Shown: positions 25,393 through 37,750 of the stretch, piece by piece
Layout: the number at the start of each line of letters is the position of its first letter
How positions within the stretch are numbered: the first letter of the stretch is position 1
Origin: Narcine bancroftii
Taxonomy: Eukaryota
DNA length: 64,000 bases
Assembly: GCF_036971445.1 (NCBI RefSeq)
Contig: NC_091482.1
Location: forward strand, 10,230,001-10,294,000
Reading direction: 5' to 3'
Made by a program: the position numbers and the translations under genes
Notes under the pieces: generated by a model
What the model was told of the DNA's origin: nothing
Databases searched by the model: none
Seen by the model: the letters and a program-made list of their open reading frames with translations, nothing else

Positions 25393-26574
25393 GTATGTTC
25401 ATCAGCATTATCCACTCGCTGTGGCTTTTTCGTTACACATACACATGCCTCTCTCTTCATTTTAAGTAAGGCGTTCTACTCTATCATTAACAAAATCTGT
25501 TGAACCAGGGTATGCAGCCAAGATTTTATTTGCAAAATGTTCTAACTGTTTTGCTTTCAATCACTCCCCGGTTACCAGAGTCTTCTGACTTGCCCCTTAC
25601 TTGGGTAATGTTCCAGGATTTAGTCCCAGTGGCAGTGAAGTTCTATTGGGAGAGGAGAGCATGGGTGGTAGTGTCCCCAAGCACCAGCTCCTCTTGCTCT
25701 GGCAAAGTTAACAAGTTGGGAAGTGTCACGGCAGTAGCCTGGGCAAGTGACCACTGTGCATCTTATAGGTGGTCCACGCTGCTGACAGTCTCCATGGGGT
25801 GGTGGTGGTGTCTCCAGTGGTTCATAGTTGTGGGGGTGGGGGGGGAGGGAGGGGGCAGTCAAGCAAGTTGTTTCATGATGTTGAGTTGTGGGAGCTACAT
25901 TCATCCAGGCAAAGAGGCAGTAGTCTTGATGCGCCTTGTAGATGGTGAAAGAAATTGGGGAGTCTGGAGGGAATTCTCATTTCAGGATATCTCATCAGCA
26001 ACTGTTCAAATTACCACATTTCAGTAGCTTAGTCCCTCTCTTTCCTTCTCCAGATTTCCTTTCTCTCTCATTCTCTCCATTCACCTTCTTCCTCTCTCTG
26101 TGCCACATTCTCTTTCTCCATCCTCTTTTCATCTCCTCCCTAACCTCATCTCTCTCAGCCCCCTCTAATTCCAACCCTTTCCCTCCTCCTCTTTGCCTCT
26201 TCCCTGTTCTCTCCAAATTCTCTTCCTCACTATCTTTCTTTCTTCTGTCATCTCTCTCCTGCCACACTGTCTCTAACTAAACCCCTTTCCCTCTCCAACT
26301 TCTCTTTTCACCTCTATCATTCTCTTCCTCTCCTCCCCCCTTTTTGTTCTGATGCCTGGCGACATTTTCCTATACCTTGATGAAGAGCTCAAGCACGAAA
26401 TATTGGTTATATTTCTTTATCTTTGCTCTATAAAGTACATTGTTCTGAGTTTCTCCAGCATTGTGTTTTTACTTTTACCCCTTCTCTCTCTCTAGCTTGG
26501 CCCTTGAACCGCCCTTGCAGTGTTCAGTCCCCACTGCCACAAGTTTTCTTATATTCCTTGTCGTTCTTCAACAG

Positions 26575-26695
26575 AGCTTTCATCAAACTCAAGGAGAATG
26601 GCAAAGGAAACATCTCCCGTTCCTCCTCAAGCACGAGCAGCTTCAGCAGCACGGCGGGCGAGAGTGAAACGATGGAGGAATATGAGACCAACACG
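26575..26695 (+). CDS. RAP1GAP2: RAP1GAP2 exon (AFIKLKENGKGNISRSSSSTSSFSSTAGESETMEEYETNT)
   Basis: caacag / gtgaga, 121 nt, phase 2 to 0. Confidence 0.93.
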
Positions 26696-28367
26696 GTGAG
26701 AATTCCAAGCCTTTCCCATGAGCACATTGAGCACACACACACAAACACTGATGAATCAACTTTCCAGCCCCAAAGCCAAAGAACTCAGTCAACATTATCT
26801 ACTGCTTATTGCAACATAAGAAATTATCTCACATGTCCCACCATTTTCAGTCAGTTTATGTGGAGGATTGTTGTCATGGCATAAGATCACGTTCAGGTTT
26901 ATTGTCATATGATGCCCAAGTACAATCCAACGAAACAGCGTTCCTTAGTCCTCATTGCCAGACACACAATCAGACTTAACACACAGACAATAATACATAT
27001 CCAGGAAATATATATATAAGTATTATTTTATAAACATGAGAGTCAAGGATGGTTAGTGTGAGCAGTTTCTTTGGTTATTCAGCTTTCTCACTGCCCATAG
27101 GAATAAGGTGAGAAAGTCTGATAATCCTGTATTTCTTTCCTGATGGGAGCAGCTGAATGACGTTGCATACTGGGTGGAAGGGGTCCTCAACGATCCTAGT
27201 AGATCACATCGATGGTGAGGGGGGACAGGGAGACTCCAGTGAACCTTTCTGCTGCTCTTATGGTCCTGTGGACTACACCACACATGTCAGTAATCTCATT
27301 GTTCCATCTCAGCAGAGATGCAACCTCGAAATGGACAGCTCTTTAGCCACCGCAGATGTAAGAGTAAAACCCAGTAATCCATCATCCAATTGTTTGGAAA
27401 TCCTGATGGTTGGGCATCTGGCTACTCATTAAGCATCTGGAGGAGCTCAGCAGGTTAAGCGGCATCAGTGGGAGAAAAAGAATGGTTGACGTTTCGGGTC
27501 AGAGCCCCTCATCAAGGTGTCTTATTGAAGGGTTCGTGGAAGAGAGGGTCTGCCTGGAGTAGATTTATCAATGTTAATTAATGCCTACATGTGCCTTGCT
27601 GCTTTGTAAAATAATGCAGAGGGTAGTAAATATTCAGAGGAGCTCCATGATGGGCAACCCCCATGCAAGCCTGTAAATTTCCACCACCTTGGAGTTTCCT
27701 AGATAAGTGGGAGAATGATGTCTGAGGAAAGGGGGAACTTGTTTCTGCGATTGGTCACAAAATGAAGCAATTTGTAGCTGAATAGTGTGTAGCTTTATGC
27801 TGGTGGCGTACTGCTTGTCAGATGGGAAAAGGCTGTTTTGTAATCGGTTAACATCAGATTGTGGTGGGGTGTACAACACCAGGCATGTTCGGGAAGTTCC
27901 TCCATAATCTCCGGCAGCAGGTTCATTACCACAGGTCTGTGTAACGAATAAAGGGAATAGGCTAAAGTCGGAGTCCTTCATTCCTCAGGAGAGTAAACTG
28001 CTGATTGGGACCTCGCTCCGGAACCTGGATTGAGACCAGTCCTGCCCAGGTTCCCACCTGAATTGTCGACCATTCTTTCCCTCCCGCTGATGTTGTTCAG
28101 CCTGCTGAATTCCCCCAGCAGATCGCGTGGTGCTCCAGATTCCAGCCCCTGCGTTCTCTTGTCTGCCTCCTGGTTCACTCTTTTGTCCAGGATTTGAGCG
28201 GGGGTCCAAAGTGTGAGACAGGGTTGCGAGCAGGGGATTCGGAATCCTTGGATAGTTTCTGACCTATTTAAACTGGAGAGGCTGTTTATTACATTAATTA
28301 TTAAAAGTAATATGCAATAGTTCAGAAAATTTGAGGCCTGCACCAAAATTCTGAGGTTGCCAGATAA

Positions 28368-28719
28368 CACTGGACAACAAATTTCTTCACAAGGTTTGCT
28401 TCCTGATTCCAGTTGCCCTGATACCGCTTTTCCATGGTTGCAATGTCCTGGTGAAACCTTTCACCGTGTTCGTCACTGACTGCACCAGGATCAGCCGGGG
28501 AAGAAGTCCAAATGTGAATATGAATTTTTAATAAATATTGCACTTTATGGTTTTGTATACTTGAGGCATGTTAAAAAATACGACCGGAAATCACAAAAAT
28601 AGATTATATCTAAAAAAAACAGTACGTGATAAGGAATTTTTTTTAAAGGTGATCTTCATGACCAGCAGCACAAAATCCACCCAAAAGTGTTCAGAAAGAA
28701 AAATGTTCATTGTCCAACA
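28368..28719 (-). mobile_element. Chapaev3-like (CMC) DNA transposon deletion derivative
   Basis: Encodes GAVSDEHGERFHQDIATMEKRYQGNWN. Left end taa|cactggacaa, degenerate right end tgtccaaca|taa. Confidence 0.65.
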
Positions 28720-28833
28720 TAATCAGAGTTTGCACACCGTGGTAACACTAAACATTATGATCACACCATTACTGAGTCAAACCAGATTAAACAAAGTCAA
28801 AGGTTGTACCTTATCATTGCCTAATCCTTCCAG

Positions 28834-28939
28834 GGTAGCCAACCGTCCATGTCATCTCCTTTCCGACAAGACGTCTTCGTCTACAGCAGTGAATCCCAGA
28901 GTAGCTCAAGCCACATCATCTCCTGCAAGAGCCCCACAG
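28834..28939 (+). CDS. RAP1GAP2: RAP1GAP2 exon (GSQPSMSSPFRQDVFVYS...CKSPT/D)
   Basis: ccttccag / gtctgt, 106 nt, phase 0 to 1. Confidence 0.88.
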
Positions 28940-29559
28940 GTCTGTACCCCGGTCTTTGTATATTCTCACGGACCACTCAGTGGCCGGCTCACTATCCTGC
29001 CCGTTATTACACAGGGTAAACTGAAAGCCGAGTGAATGGATCCTTGTTTTAACACAGCCAGTGGAGGAGATCTGGTATGCAGTCAAAGAAGAAAGTCTGC
29101 TGATGCTGGGGTCGAGTACAATACACAAAGGTGATGGGAAAACTCAGCTCACACAGCATTTATCTGGAAAACCAGTGTTTCGGCCTGGACCTTTGTCATA
29201 TGTGGATTTTGTGTGACCTTCTGAGCCTCTCCAGCATTTTGAGTTATATACCTGACAAAGGGTTTGGGCTCGAAACATTGGTTACCCCTTTATTTCATAG
29301 ATGCTGCATGACCTGCTGAGTTTTTCCAGCACTTTTCTGTATTTAAATAAGGTATGTGTTGCCTTAAAAGGGTTGCAGGCGTGGGTTCACTAGCAACTTT
29401 CAAAAGGGATTTGAAACATTAAGGAAAGGACATTTCCTGGATATGGCCAAAGGGACTAATTGCACAGCTCTTCCAGTGAGCTTTGCTTCAGTGAAATAGC
29501 TAATGCCTCACTGGCTGCTTGTTGGCAGTAGTTGAAGAGATCAATGCCAGCCCTAGGGT

Positions 29560-30215
29560 CAATCATTTCCCTTCCATTATGAAGGGGGATGTTTGCTGAT
29601 ATATACCAATGTTCAATTCCACTTACAATTGTTTGGCAGCCATGACTGACATAACAAGTCCTGGACACCATTCAAGTGGCTATCTCCAGCAGGAGAGACT
29701 CTACCCAGCTCTCTGTGAAATCAATGGCATTTTCCACCATCATCCCAAGGATCCCCATTGTCCAGAAACTCAACCATGCTGTGCCTGAGGAGCCGGTCAG
29801 AGGCTGGTTATCTTGTGGCATTACACCCTGACATCTTTGGCTCGAAAGCCTTTCCACTCCCTGCACGACCTGCCAGAAGGGAGATGGAATGCATCCCACT
29901 TATCCGGATGATGGCAGTTCCAGCAGCTGCCGAGAGGCTCAACACTATCCAGGCAAAGCAGCTCGCTTGATTGGTGCCCCATTAACCGTCCCAAGCATAT
30001 GACCTCTCCAACACTGGTGCACACTGGCTACATGTATCAAATGCCTTTCTGTTACCAGCATCTTCCAAACCCACAGCTTCCATCAAGAGCTGAACCTCAT
30101 GAAAACATCACCGCTTGCAGGTTCCTCACTAATTATACACATTCCTGACAGAAATATAACTCTGGAATTCCATTCAACATAAGGACAGCAGTGTTTGAAG
30201 AAGGTGGGGCACCAC
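29560..30215 (+). mobile_element. Old CR1/L2-group LINE RT 3' remnant (opposite-strand relative ~25630-25990)
   Basis: MECIPL..MMAV...RLNTIQAK resembles the MEYSPLAW...LDTIQDKA RT C-terminus. Confidence 0.5.
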
Positions 30216-31097
30216 CAACTTAATTTTTAATTTAGCGATATGGCACAGGCTCATGCCACCCAAGTACACCCATGTGACCAATTAATCTACTAACCTTGTA
30301 CATTTTGGGGTTGTGGGAAGAAACTGGAGCACCTGGAGGAAACCCACGTAGAAACAGGGAGAACATCCAAACTCCTTACCAACAGCGCCAGATTCAAACC
30401 AGGGTCATTGGCACTGAAATAGTGTTGTGCTAACCATGCCACGCCTTCTCAAGGGTAAACAGGTATGGGCAATAAATGCTGACCTTACCAGATCCTGAAA
30501 AATTAAAAAACAAGAAAAAAAATTTGTATCCTGGTGGTGTCCACAAGATTATAGAAGCTGGCTCAATTTTTTTTAATGTGTCATTTGAAACCATGCAAAC
30601 AAATCAGCTGCTGGATAGTTGCAACTTAAAAGGCTTTATGTCAGATCTCAACCCACGTCTTTCCATATAAGTTGTGGAGAATACTAATGTTGGGAGCTTT
30701 CCTAAATTTCCATTGAAGGTTTCCTTTTAACTTATGTTCCAGAGGCCTAACTAATAACCCAGAGATCAGGAGTTGAAATCAGAGTATTGAAAGTGAAAGT
30801 GAGTTGGAAGACTTTGGAAAAGGAGCAAATCCATCTATGGTGTTATCTGATTGTGGACACCCATTGTAGATGCTTTACCCTGTAAAGTGGGTAGAGAGGG
30901 TGTTGGTCACGTAGGCGCCTGGGTCCTAGGCGTTGCCGAGAGTTGTTTCCACTGACTCATCCAGGGAAATGGAGATATTCCTGAGGTGTGGGAAGGTCCA
31001 TACATCACCAGATACCCTCTCTCTGACTTGCTCTTGTAGCCGCTAAGTGATTGTCACACTGGCCCGTGCATTTATTCTGAGTTCCTTTCCTTCGCAG

Positions 31098-31174
31098 ACA
31101 CAGCAAAGTGTAAAAACTCCCCGAGAACTACGCTGAAATTCCGATTTGAAAAACTTCATCAGAGCTCGAACCCT
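31098..31174 (+). CDS. RAP1GAP2: RAP1GAP2 exon (TAKCKNSPRTTLKFRFEKLHQSSNP)
   Basis: ccttcgcag / gtgagt, 77 nt, phase 1 to 0; NSPR..LKFRF motif. Confidence 0.9.
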
Positions 31175-31849
31175 GTGAGTATCGTATGCTTCTCTCCAGT
31201 TCTTGCTGCATGCCCACTAACTGGACTTGAGGAGCGTGAAGTTCTGTGAAAGGTGTCGCAATCAATGATCCCTCTAATGTTTAGTAGTTAATGTGTGCAA
31301 AAATCGGATGTTGTGCAAATCTTTTTCCTGTGACTAACTGAATGGTTGTGTAAATGTAAACTTGAAATAGTTTGAAGATAATTTTAGCAAAGCCTAACTC
31401 TCATGGCTAACTGCACTGGCATGTTTTAATATAATCCAAGTATGATTAACTACTTGTTTAACCGACTAACTAGTTAACAGAAACAGTTAGCTAAGAGATT
31501 ATTTTCAATAAGTAGAATTATTAATTACTACATTATTGTAGGTAACCAACCTTCATGCTCACATTAATTTCCTGTGTGCGTGCACAGCTTAGAGGGGTGC
31601 AATAGCACAGCATCAATGACCTCTTCCTCTTGTTAATCTTCATGTCATCATCAGGTGGAGCACACTTTTCCAACATATCCCTAATGAGCCACAGAGCCTT
31701 GACCTATCATGTTATTGTGTTCACTATTCATGCCAGTGGGAAGCTCTTCCAGTTTGCATTCAGGTTTAAAGAAAAATTGGTAAAATGTAAAAAGCCTTTA
31801 CATGATTAGCTGGGTGCTTACTTGAAGCACTTCAAAGGTCAGTGTGATG

Positions 31850-32420
31850 ACCTCATAATTTTAAATACCCCTTATAAAATCTCCCCTCATTCTTCTCCAA
31901 GGATAAAAGTCCTAACCTTTCTCTTTTATTCAGTTCTTGAAGTCCAGACAACATCCAAGGAAATTTTCTCTGTACTCTTTCTATCTTATTGATACCTTTC
32001 CTGTAGTTAGGTGACCAAAACTGCACACAATACTCCAAATTTGGCCTCACCAATGTCTTATACAACTTTACCATAGCATCACATCTCCTATTCTCAATAC
32101 TTTGATATATGAAAGCCAAAAGCTCTATTTACAACACTATCTACCTGTGACACCACTTTCAGGGAATTATGTATCTGTATTCACAGGTCCCTTTGTTCTA
32201 CCACACTCCTCAGTGCTCGACCATTCACCGTGTACATCCTTTCTTGGTTTGTCCTTCCAAAGTGCAATACCTCGCATTCGTCTGCAATAAATTCCATCTG
32301 CCTTTTTTCCAGCTGGCTCAGACAAGCTTTGAAAACCTTCTTTGTTCTCCACAATGCTCCAATCTCATCTGCAAACTTGTTGATCTACCACATTTTCATC
32401 CAGATCATTAATATAGATGA
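31850..32420 (-). mobile_element. CR1 LINE fragment
   Basis: LYKTLVRPNLEYCVQFWSPNYRK. Confidence 0.88.
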
Positions 32421-33162
32421 TGGTGATGCGGTAGATGACGAGTAGAAGTGGCTAGTCTGTACAAGAAACCCTGGATAAGGGACTAAGGGGTGGATATGCA
32501 GTTAGATAACTGTTCGATACTGCAAGATGCCTGGAGTTGCCATTGTATGAAACTAGCTTTAGATAAAGTACATGTGGAAAAGTGTTTGAACCCATCTGGC
32601 AGCTGATATGCCGAATTTCCACCATAAGCTGAATGAGGAAATCATTGAAAGGTAACCTGATATTTTTTTACCTGCAGTAATAGTCTTGGATGCAAAATGA
32701 TGTAGGTATTTTTTAGAAGCCACCAGCATCCAGAACACACTCAGGGTTTAAACCAGTCGCAGTCAGATTGATTATCACCTAGATCACTAGTTTTCAAACT
32801 TTTTCCTTCCACTCTCATATCACTTTAAGTATTCCCTGTGCCATAGGTGTTCTGTGACTAGTAAGAGATTACTTAAGATGGTGTGTGAGTGGGGAAAAAA
32901 GGCTGAGAACCACTCCTCTAGACCCAATTGTTACTGAAATATTTTGCCTGAGAAAAATCGTCACAGGACCATTTCCTTTGGAGTTCTGAAATCGTCCACA
33001 TAACGAGTCAATGAGGTACGATTAAAACAGTGGTTTTCAAACTTTTCTTTCCACTCTCGTTCCACCTGAAGCAGTCCCTTACTAATCACAGACACCGATG
33101 TGAGTGGAAAGAAAAAAAACAGTTAATTTCTAGAGTTCTGAAAAAGTATGGTTAAACAAGAA

Positions 33163-33512
33163 AATCTGTATGCAAAAGTGTTGGAGAAATTCAGCAGGCC
33201 ACACAGCATCCCTAGGAAGTAAAAAGGCAATCAATGTTTCGGGCCTGGGGCCTGTCCCTCTGCCTCCTTTCCTCCAGCTCTCTACTCGTTTCCTTCCCCT
33301 CTGCTCTCGGGAGTTACCCTTCTCAGCCCTCTCCTCTATCTCTTCTCGGCTTCTTTCTTTTCTACCCTCCTTCCCCTATCTACCTCTTGTTAGCCTGTGC
33401 TCCTCCCCCTTCCTCCCTTCTCTCCTCTCTCCCTCATCCCAAACACTGGCCACCCTTTACTGCCTATGGATGCTGCATGACCTGCTGAGTTTCTCCAGCA
33501 CTTCGGTGTACT
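33163..33512. mobile_element. Penelope-derived element with inverted termini
   Basis: aaagtgttggagaaattcagcagg... and ...cctgctgagtttctccagcactt form an inverted repeat of about 60 bp. The same architecture occurs at ~29085-29345, 34720-34870 and 39545-39720. Confidence 0.65.
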
Positions 33513-33655
33513 GACCTGAAAAGGTTCATATTTTGATCAAATTAATTTTTCCTTAAATCTACCTTCTATTCTCTGTAGGGAAATGTGTCAAAAATGTGTT
33601 ATGTATTTCAGTAAGAGGCATTTTAGATCTAATTTATTCTTTGTCCCCGCAACAG

Positions 33656-33688
33656 CTGTTGGGAGCGTGCCCTTCACCACAAATGTAG
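33656..33688 (+). CDS. RAP1GAP2: Candidate stop-containing RAP1GAP2 exon (LLGACPSPQM*)
   Basis: Good acceptor tttattctttgtccccgcaacag in phase 0, but no homology support. Competing acceptors at 33579, 35992 and 36590. Confidence 0.3.
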   Translation: MLGACPSPQM

Positions 33689-35995
33689 CCGCAGCTGTCT
33701 TGGACACCGCCTCTGCTCTCGTGTTGCTCTACTCCTTCCTGAACCTGAAGCGCCCCACTCTCCATCCTGGGAGGAAGGAGACGGTCAGGAATTTGGGTCC
33801 CATAGATGTCATGACAGGGATTCAGGTTGCCTGTTTCACCTTCAGAGCTAAACTATTTCAATGTCTCCGTGGAGGCATGTTACAGAAACCATTTAAGCAC
33901 TTTGCAAGTCCTGGAAGTAAAAGATAACACTGAATGTGGTTTGGGTCATCTTCAAAGGTTCCCGTGCTCCTAGGCATTTTAGTCTGGAATTCACACGTCT
34001 TTGTAATGTGCAGATTTTCATTGGGAGGTCGAAAGGTGCTGGCATCTGAGATCCCACAATGGGAAATGACCCAGGAGAGATCTTGAAACTTCTAAGTGTC
34101 TTGAAGCCATTGATCTCTAAGGAGAACTGGAGGTAAGCCGACGGCCTCTCACCCAAGAGCACAGGGAGAATCCCAGGGTTGTATCAGAAGGTTGACAATT
34201 TCCCTCTACTTCCCTACCCCTCCTGAGGTGGAAGCGCAGCAATCCCTGAATCCCTGCTGATGCACACAGTACCTGTAGCAGAGTCTAAACTTTGTGCTGT
34301 AACCTGTTACCTGCCATGTCGACACTTCTGATTAACAAAGGCCTTCATTGTGCCCTGCTTGGTGTATCGTCCTTGTGCCTGTTAATACATTTAAATGTGT
34401 TCGTTGTCTGCCCTTTTAGTCTTGGGAGAATTATTCCTCTCCAGGTCATCACGAAAATGATCAACCAGATTCATCTTGGACATTTTGAGGGAGATTTTCC
34501 TATCATCAGATCAATTCTTTTCCTGGTCATTTGGGGCCTTGGGATCTGGAGCTTTGGCTCAGTACCACCTGAGAGCAAGGGACCTCTATCAATGGCCACA
34601 CCCACTCCTCTTTAGCACCTCCAGTGAAAGTATCCTGAGCCTGAGTTGCAGTCCAACTCCTACTCTCCCCCCCACCTCCTCTTAAGAACGGTGTAAACAG
34701 AAAATAGAGACACACAGTGCACTACAGGTGCTAGAATCTGGACCACACACAATCTGACGGGGAGTTCAGTGGGTCGAGCAGCACCAGTGGGAGGAAACAG
34801 TTTGTCAGAGTTTTGGGCCTGAAATGTCGACCATTCTTTTCTCCCACTGATGCTGCTCGACCTTCTGTGAGTTTGGATCTGTCCCAGTGAAGACCCAGGG
34901 CTGGTGGGTAGGTTTGTGTGATTCTCCCTTGACCAACTTCAAGAGGCTTCACTGCTCAGATCAAAGTGATCGGGAGATGTTCAATATTCAAAGCAGCAAA
35001 GAAGGTGCCTTGATATTTGACCTCTCAGAACAGAATTAAAATTTCTTCAACTCATTTTCTCTATTTTTCTCTCTCTCTTGCTGATTCTCAGCCATTTTGC
35101 CATCGTCGACATTGTTTACAACCTCCTCCTAATCATTATGCAGTCCTTTCCCTTGGTTTCTGCAGCTCCTTCTTCTCCTGGTTGTTCTAACTTCCTTTCT
35201 GCATTCAATTCTCATTCACACTGATTCTTCTGCCTTCCATCTCCCTCTTTTGAACCGTAACATTCTCTCTCCAAGGCTTTCTGAGCTATCTCACTCGCAC
35301 AAATCTGAGTCACTATTCCTGGCCAGGTTTTTTTCCCAATTTGTCACAAAAATAAACCTATATTACATTTAGGAAAATGAGCAGGGAAAACAATCTGTTA
35401 AGCAGAGTTTTGTGAACAATTCGAGACTTAGCCTTTTCCCAATCGAATGTTGACATCACATCAAATAAAATGATTGCAAATAGATTAAGGGGCCTTCATG
35501 ATCCCAAATGCCAAAATTTCGGCCGAAATAAAATCCAAATCCTCTGCATTCTTCTGTTCTCCCTGTGAGGTCACCAGCATCTGTGTTGTCTATGAGATCA
35601 CCAGTGTTTGTATTCCCTGTGAGGTATCAGTCCCTGGGTTTCCTCCAAAGGCACCATTAGTCTATCTCTTTTAACCATTTCCAAACCTTTTCTTTGTGAG
35701 CTGGAATTCACTGCAAGAAGAATGGTGAAAGCAGACAAATTCTTGAAGATAAAAAGTTTAGTTGTAAGAACTGGAGAATAGGGCTGACTAGATTGCTTTA
35801 GCAGAGAACTGATACAGGCAATCTGGGCTCAGTGACCTTGTTCCTTGCTGTAATAATTCTGAATTCTCTACTTCTGTTTGAAAAAAGATCACCCTTTCCT
35901 TGTGAGATGCTGTTAGCATAGACAGGAGGTGGCAGGTCAGAGCCAAAACTCACCCTGCCACTCTGTCAACATTTTCTGCCGGCTTATTCAGGGGA

Positions 35996-36208
35996 ACACT
36001 CAACCAGTAACCTCCTGGGACCAATCACTGAGACCAGGTCCAGCTGAGCCACTGACCAGTGAAACCTAAGCAAACAGCACTTACAAATCTATGGAGTTTT
36101 ACACTCAACCAGTAACCTCCTGGGACCAATCACTGAGACCAGGTCCAGCTGAGCCACTGACCAGTGAAACCTAAGCAAACAGCACTTACAAATCTATGGA
36201 GTTTTACA
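35996..36208 (+). repeat. Perfect 105-bp tandem duplication
   Basis: 35996-36100 is identical to 36101-36205, with 3-bp aca microhomology. Confidence 0.95.
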
Positions 36209-36589
36209 GCACAGAAACAGGTCCTTTGACCCAAGCTGACGACCCCAGCTGGTCCCATTTTCCTATGTTTGGACCTTATTTCTCTAAACCTTTTCAGTCT
36301 GTTAGACTTTGTGTGCTTTCACCATTCTTTCTTGTGTGGACTGAATAACTTCTATCAACTGTCCAAAATTTCCCTACTGCATTTCAACTCTGGTATAAAG
36401 AGCCAACCACACGATTAATGGCTCTCTTCATAATGCACACCTCTATCGCGTCACCCCCTCATCTTTCATTGCTCCGAGGAGAAAAGACCAAGTTTGCTCA
36501 ATCTATCTTCATAAGGCATGCTCTCCAATCCAGGCAGCCTCCTGGTAACATTAACTTTAATTGTATTAATACCACTTAGGTGTTTACAG

Positions 36590-37750
36590 GTGTCCCTTGC
36601 TGATCCTGCCTCTTCCATTTTTTCTGACTCTGTTAACAATTAAACAGCTTGAAGAGAGTATTTACTTAAACCCTCCCCTTCCCTGCGCCTCAACACTGAG
36701 GCCCAAAGTTTAGCATTTATACAGTTTTATTATTTAGCATCACAATTCAATAGTAATAAAATCATTTCTTGAGATTGAAGACGGAGGGTTTGGGGGGGGG
36801 GGGGGGGGGGAGAGTGCTCTGTGGTTCCTTTCTCTTTTGGGAGCTTTATCTGTGAGCAGTGGTTTGACGCCGTATTGGCCAAACTGCGCTAGCTTCCTCC
36901 TTGATCAGGTGACCTTTGTATCTAGGTGCAGTGAAGACCTCAGGTTTTCAGCTTTGGGAGACTAAAATGGGCCAGTCTGTCTCACAAACTACCATAGGTT
37001 TTGAGACAAACTATACTGGAGATGCTGGGAGAGTGCTGACTTCAAACTGAAGCCATTGAGCTATTGTGTACATACCCATCTCTCTCCCATCCCTTTCACC
37101 TGTCACCCACTAAATCTGTCCACTTTATACCTCAGGCCTCATGCAGTTATACGGCTATATGTTCTGCTTTATGTTTTGCAAAGCAGCTCGAGTTGTTTGC
37201 CATGTTAAAGCTGTGATGTAAAAAAAAATGTGGTTGTTGTTTCTCCTACTGTGGTCAGTGGGACTTTTCTAACCATTGAGTAATTCCAGATTGTCCATTG
37301 CAACATGTTACTTTCAACCTCACGCTCGTGAGTGTGCATGCACACACATACAGACACAAACGTGAGTACACACACACAAAACAGGCGCGAGTGCAAAAAC
37401 ATTTTGGGGAGGGAGAGTTGTTTATGATCCTGGTAATATATAATTAAAAAAACATAGGACCCTCCGGCCCAGGGCCTTTGTGAAGTGCACGTGGCCAATG
37501 AGTTACTGTGCAGATGTGTTACATGCGTGGAAAAGCTATTGAGAAGTGGCAGAGCTTTACAAAGCTGCCTGATTGATCCACAGATGTAAATATTGTACAA
37601 TTAATTTATTGCTATTTTGGCAAATTAATTTCATTGTGATGTAAAAAATGGAGGATCTGAAATTCCTTGTTTGTATATTCTGTTCACTGTTGATGCCTTC
37701 TTGTGTAGGTGCTGCACAGTAATAAATGTATTTTGTGTCAAAACAGTTCA
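36590..37750 (+). other. RAP1GAP2: Probable RAP1GAP2 3'UTR / last exon
   Basis: Repeat-poor stretch after a tttacag acceptor, with Pumilio-type TGTACATA and TGTAAATA motifs, ending at AATAAA 37721-37726. Confidence 0.5.
37721..37726 (+). terminator. Candidate polyadenylation signal
   Basis: AATAAA at the end of the UTR-like block. Confidence 0.5.

Larger units (their letters stand above)
2233..31174 (+). other. RAP1GAP2: RAP1GAP2-like gene span (5'-partial; 12 coding exons traced, terminal exon uncertain)
   Basis: Twelve GT-AG exons splice in frame with no stop. They give the Rap-GAP domain ([31 protein letters not shown]) and a RAP1GAP2-type tail (RAIRVRSHSMETMV, ISRSSSSTSSFSSTAGE, LKFRFEKL). 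Confidence 0.92.

Noticed and set aside
25500-26340. 175-aa and Ser/Leu/Phe-rich ORFs
   Set aside because: They are the antisense of a decayed LINE plus a pyrimidine-rich low-complexity tract, with no splice or homology support.
36793-36810. Long G homopolymers (also ~53110, ~55123 and a C-run at ~3496) as functional G-quadruplex elements
   Set aside because: Simple homopolymers, mostly inside repeats, with lengths that are unreliable in assemblies.
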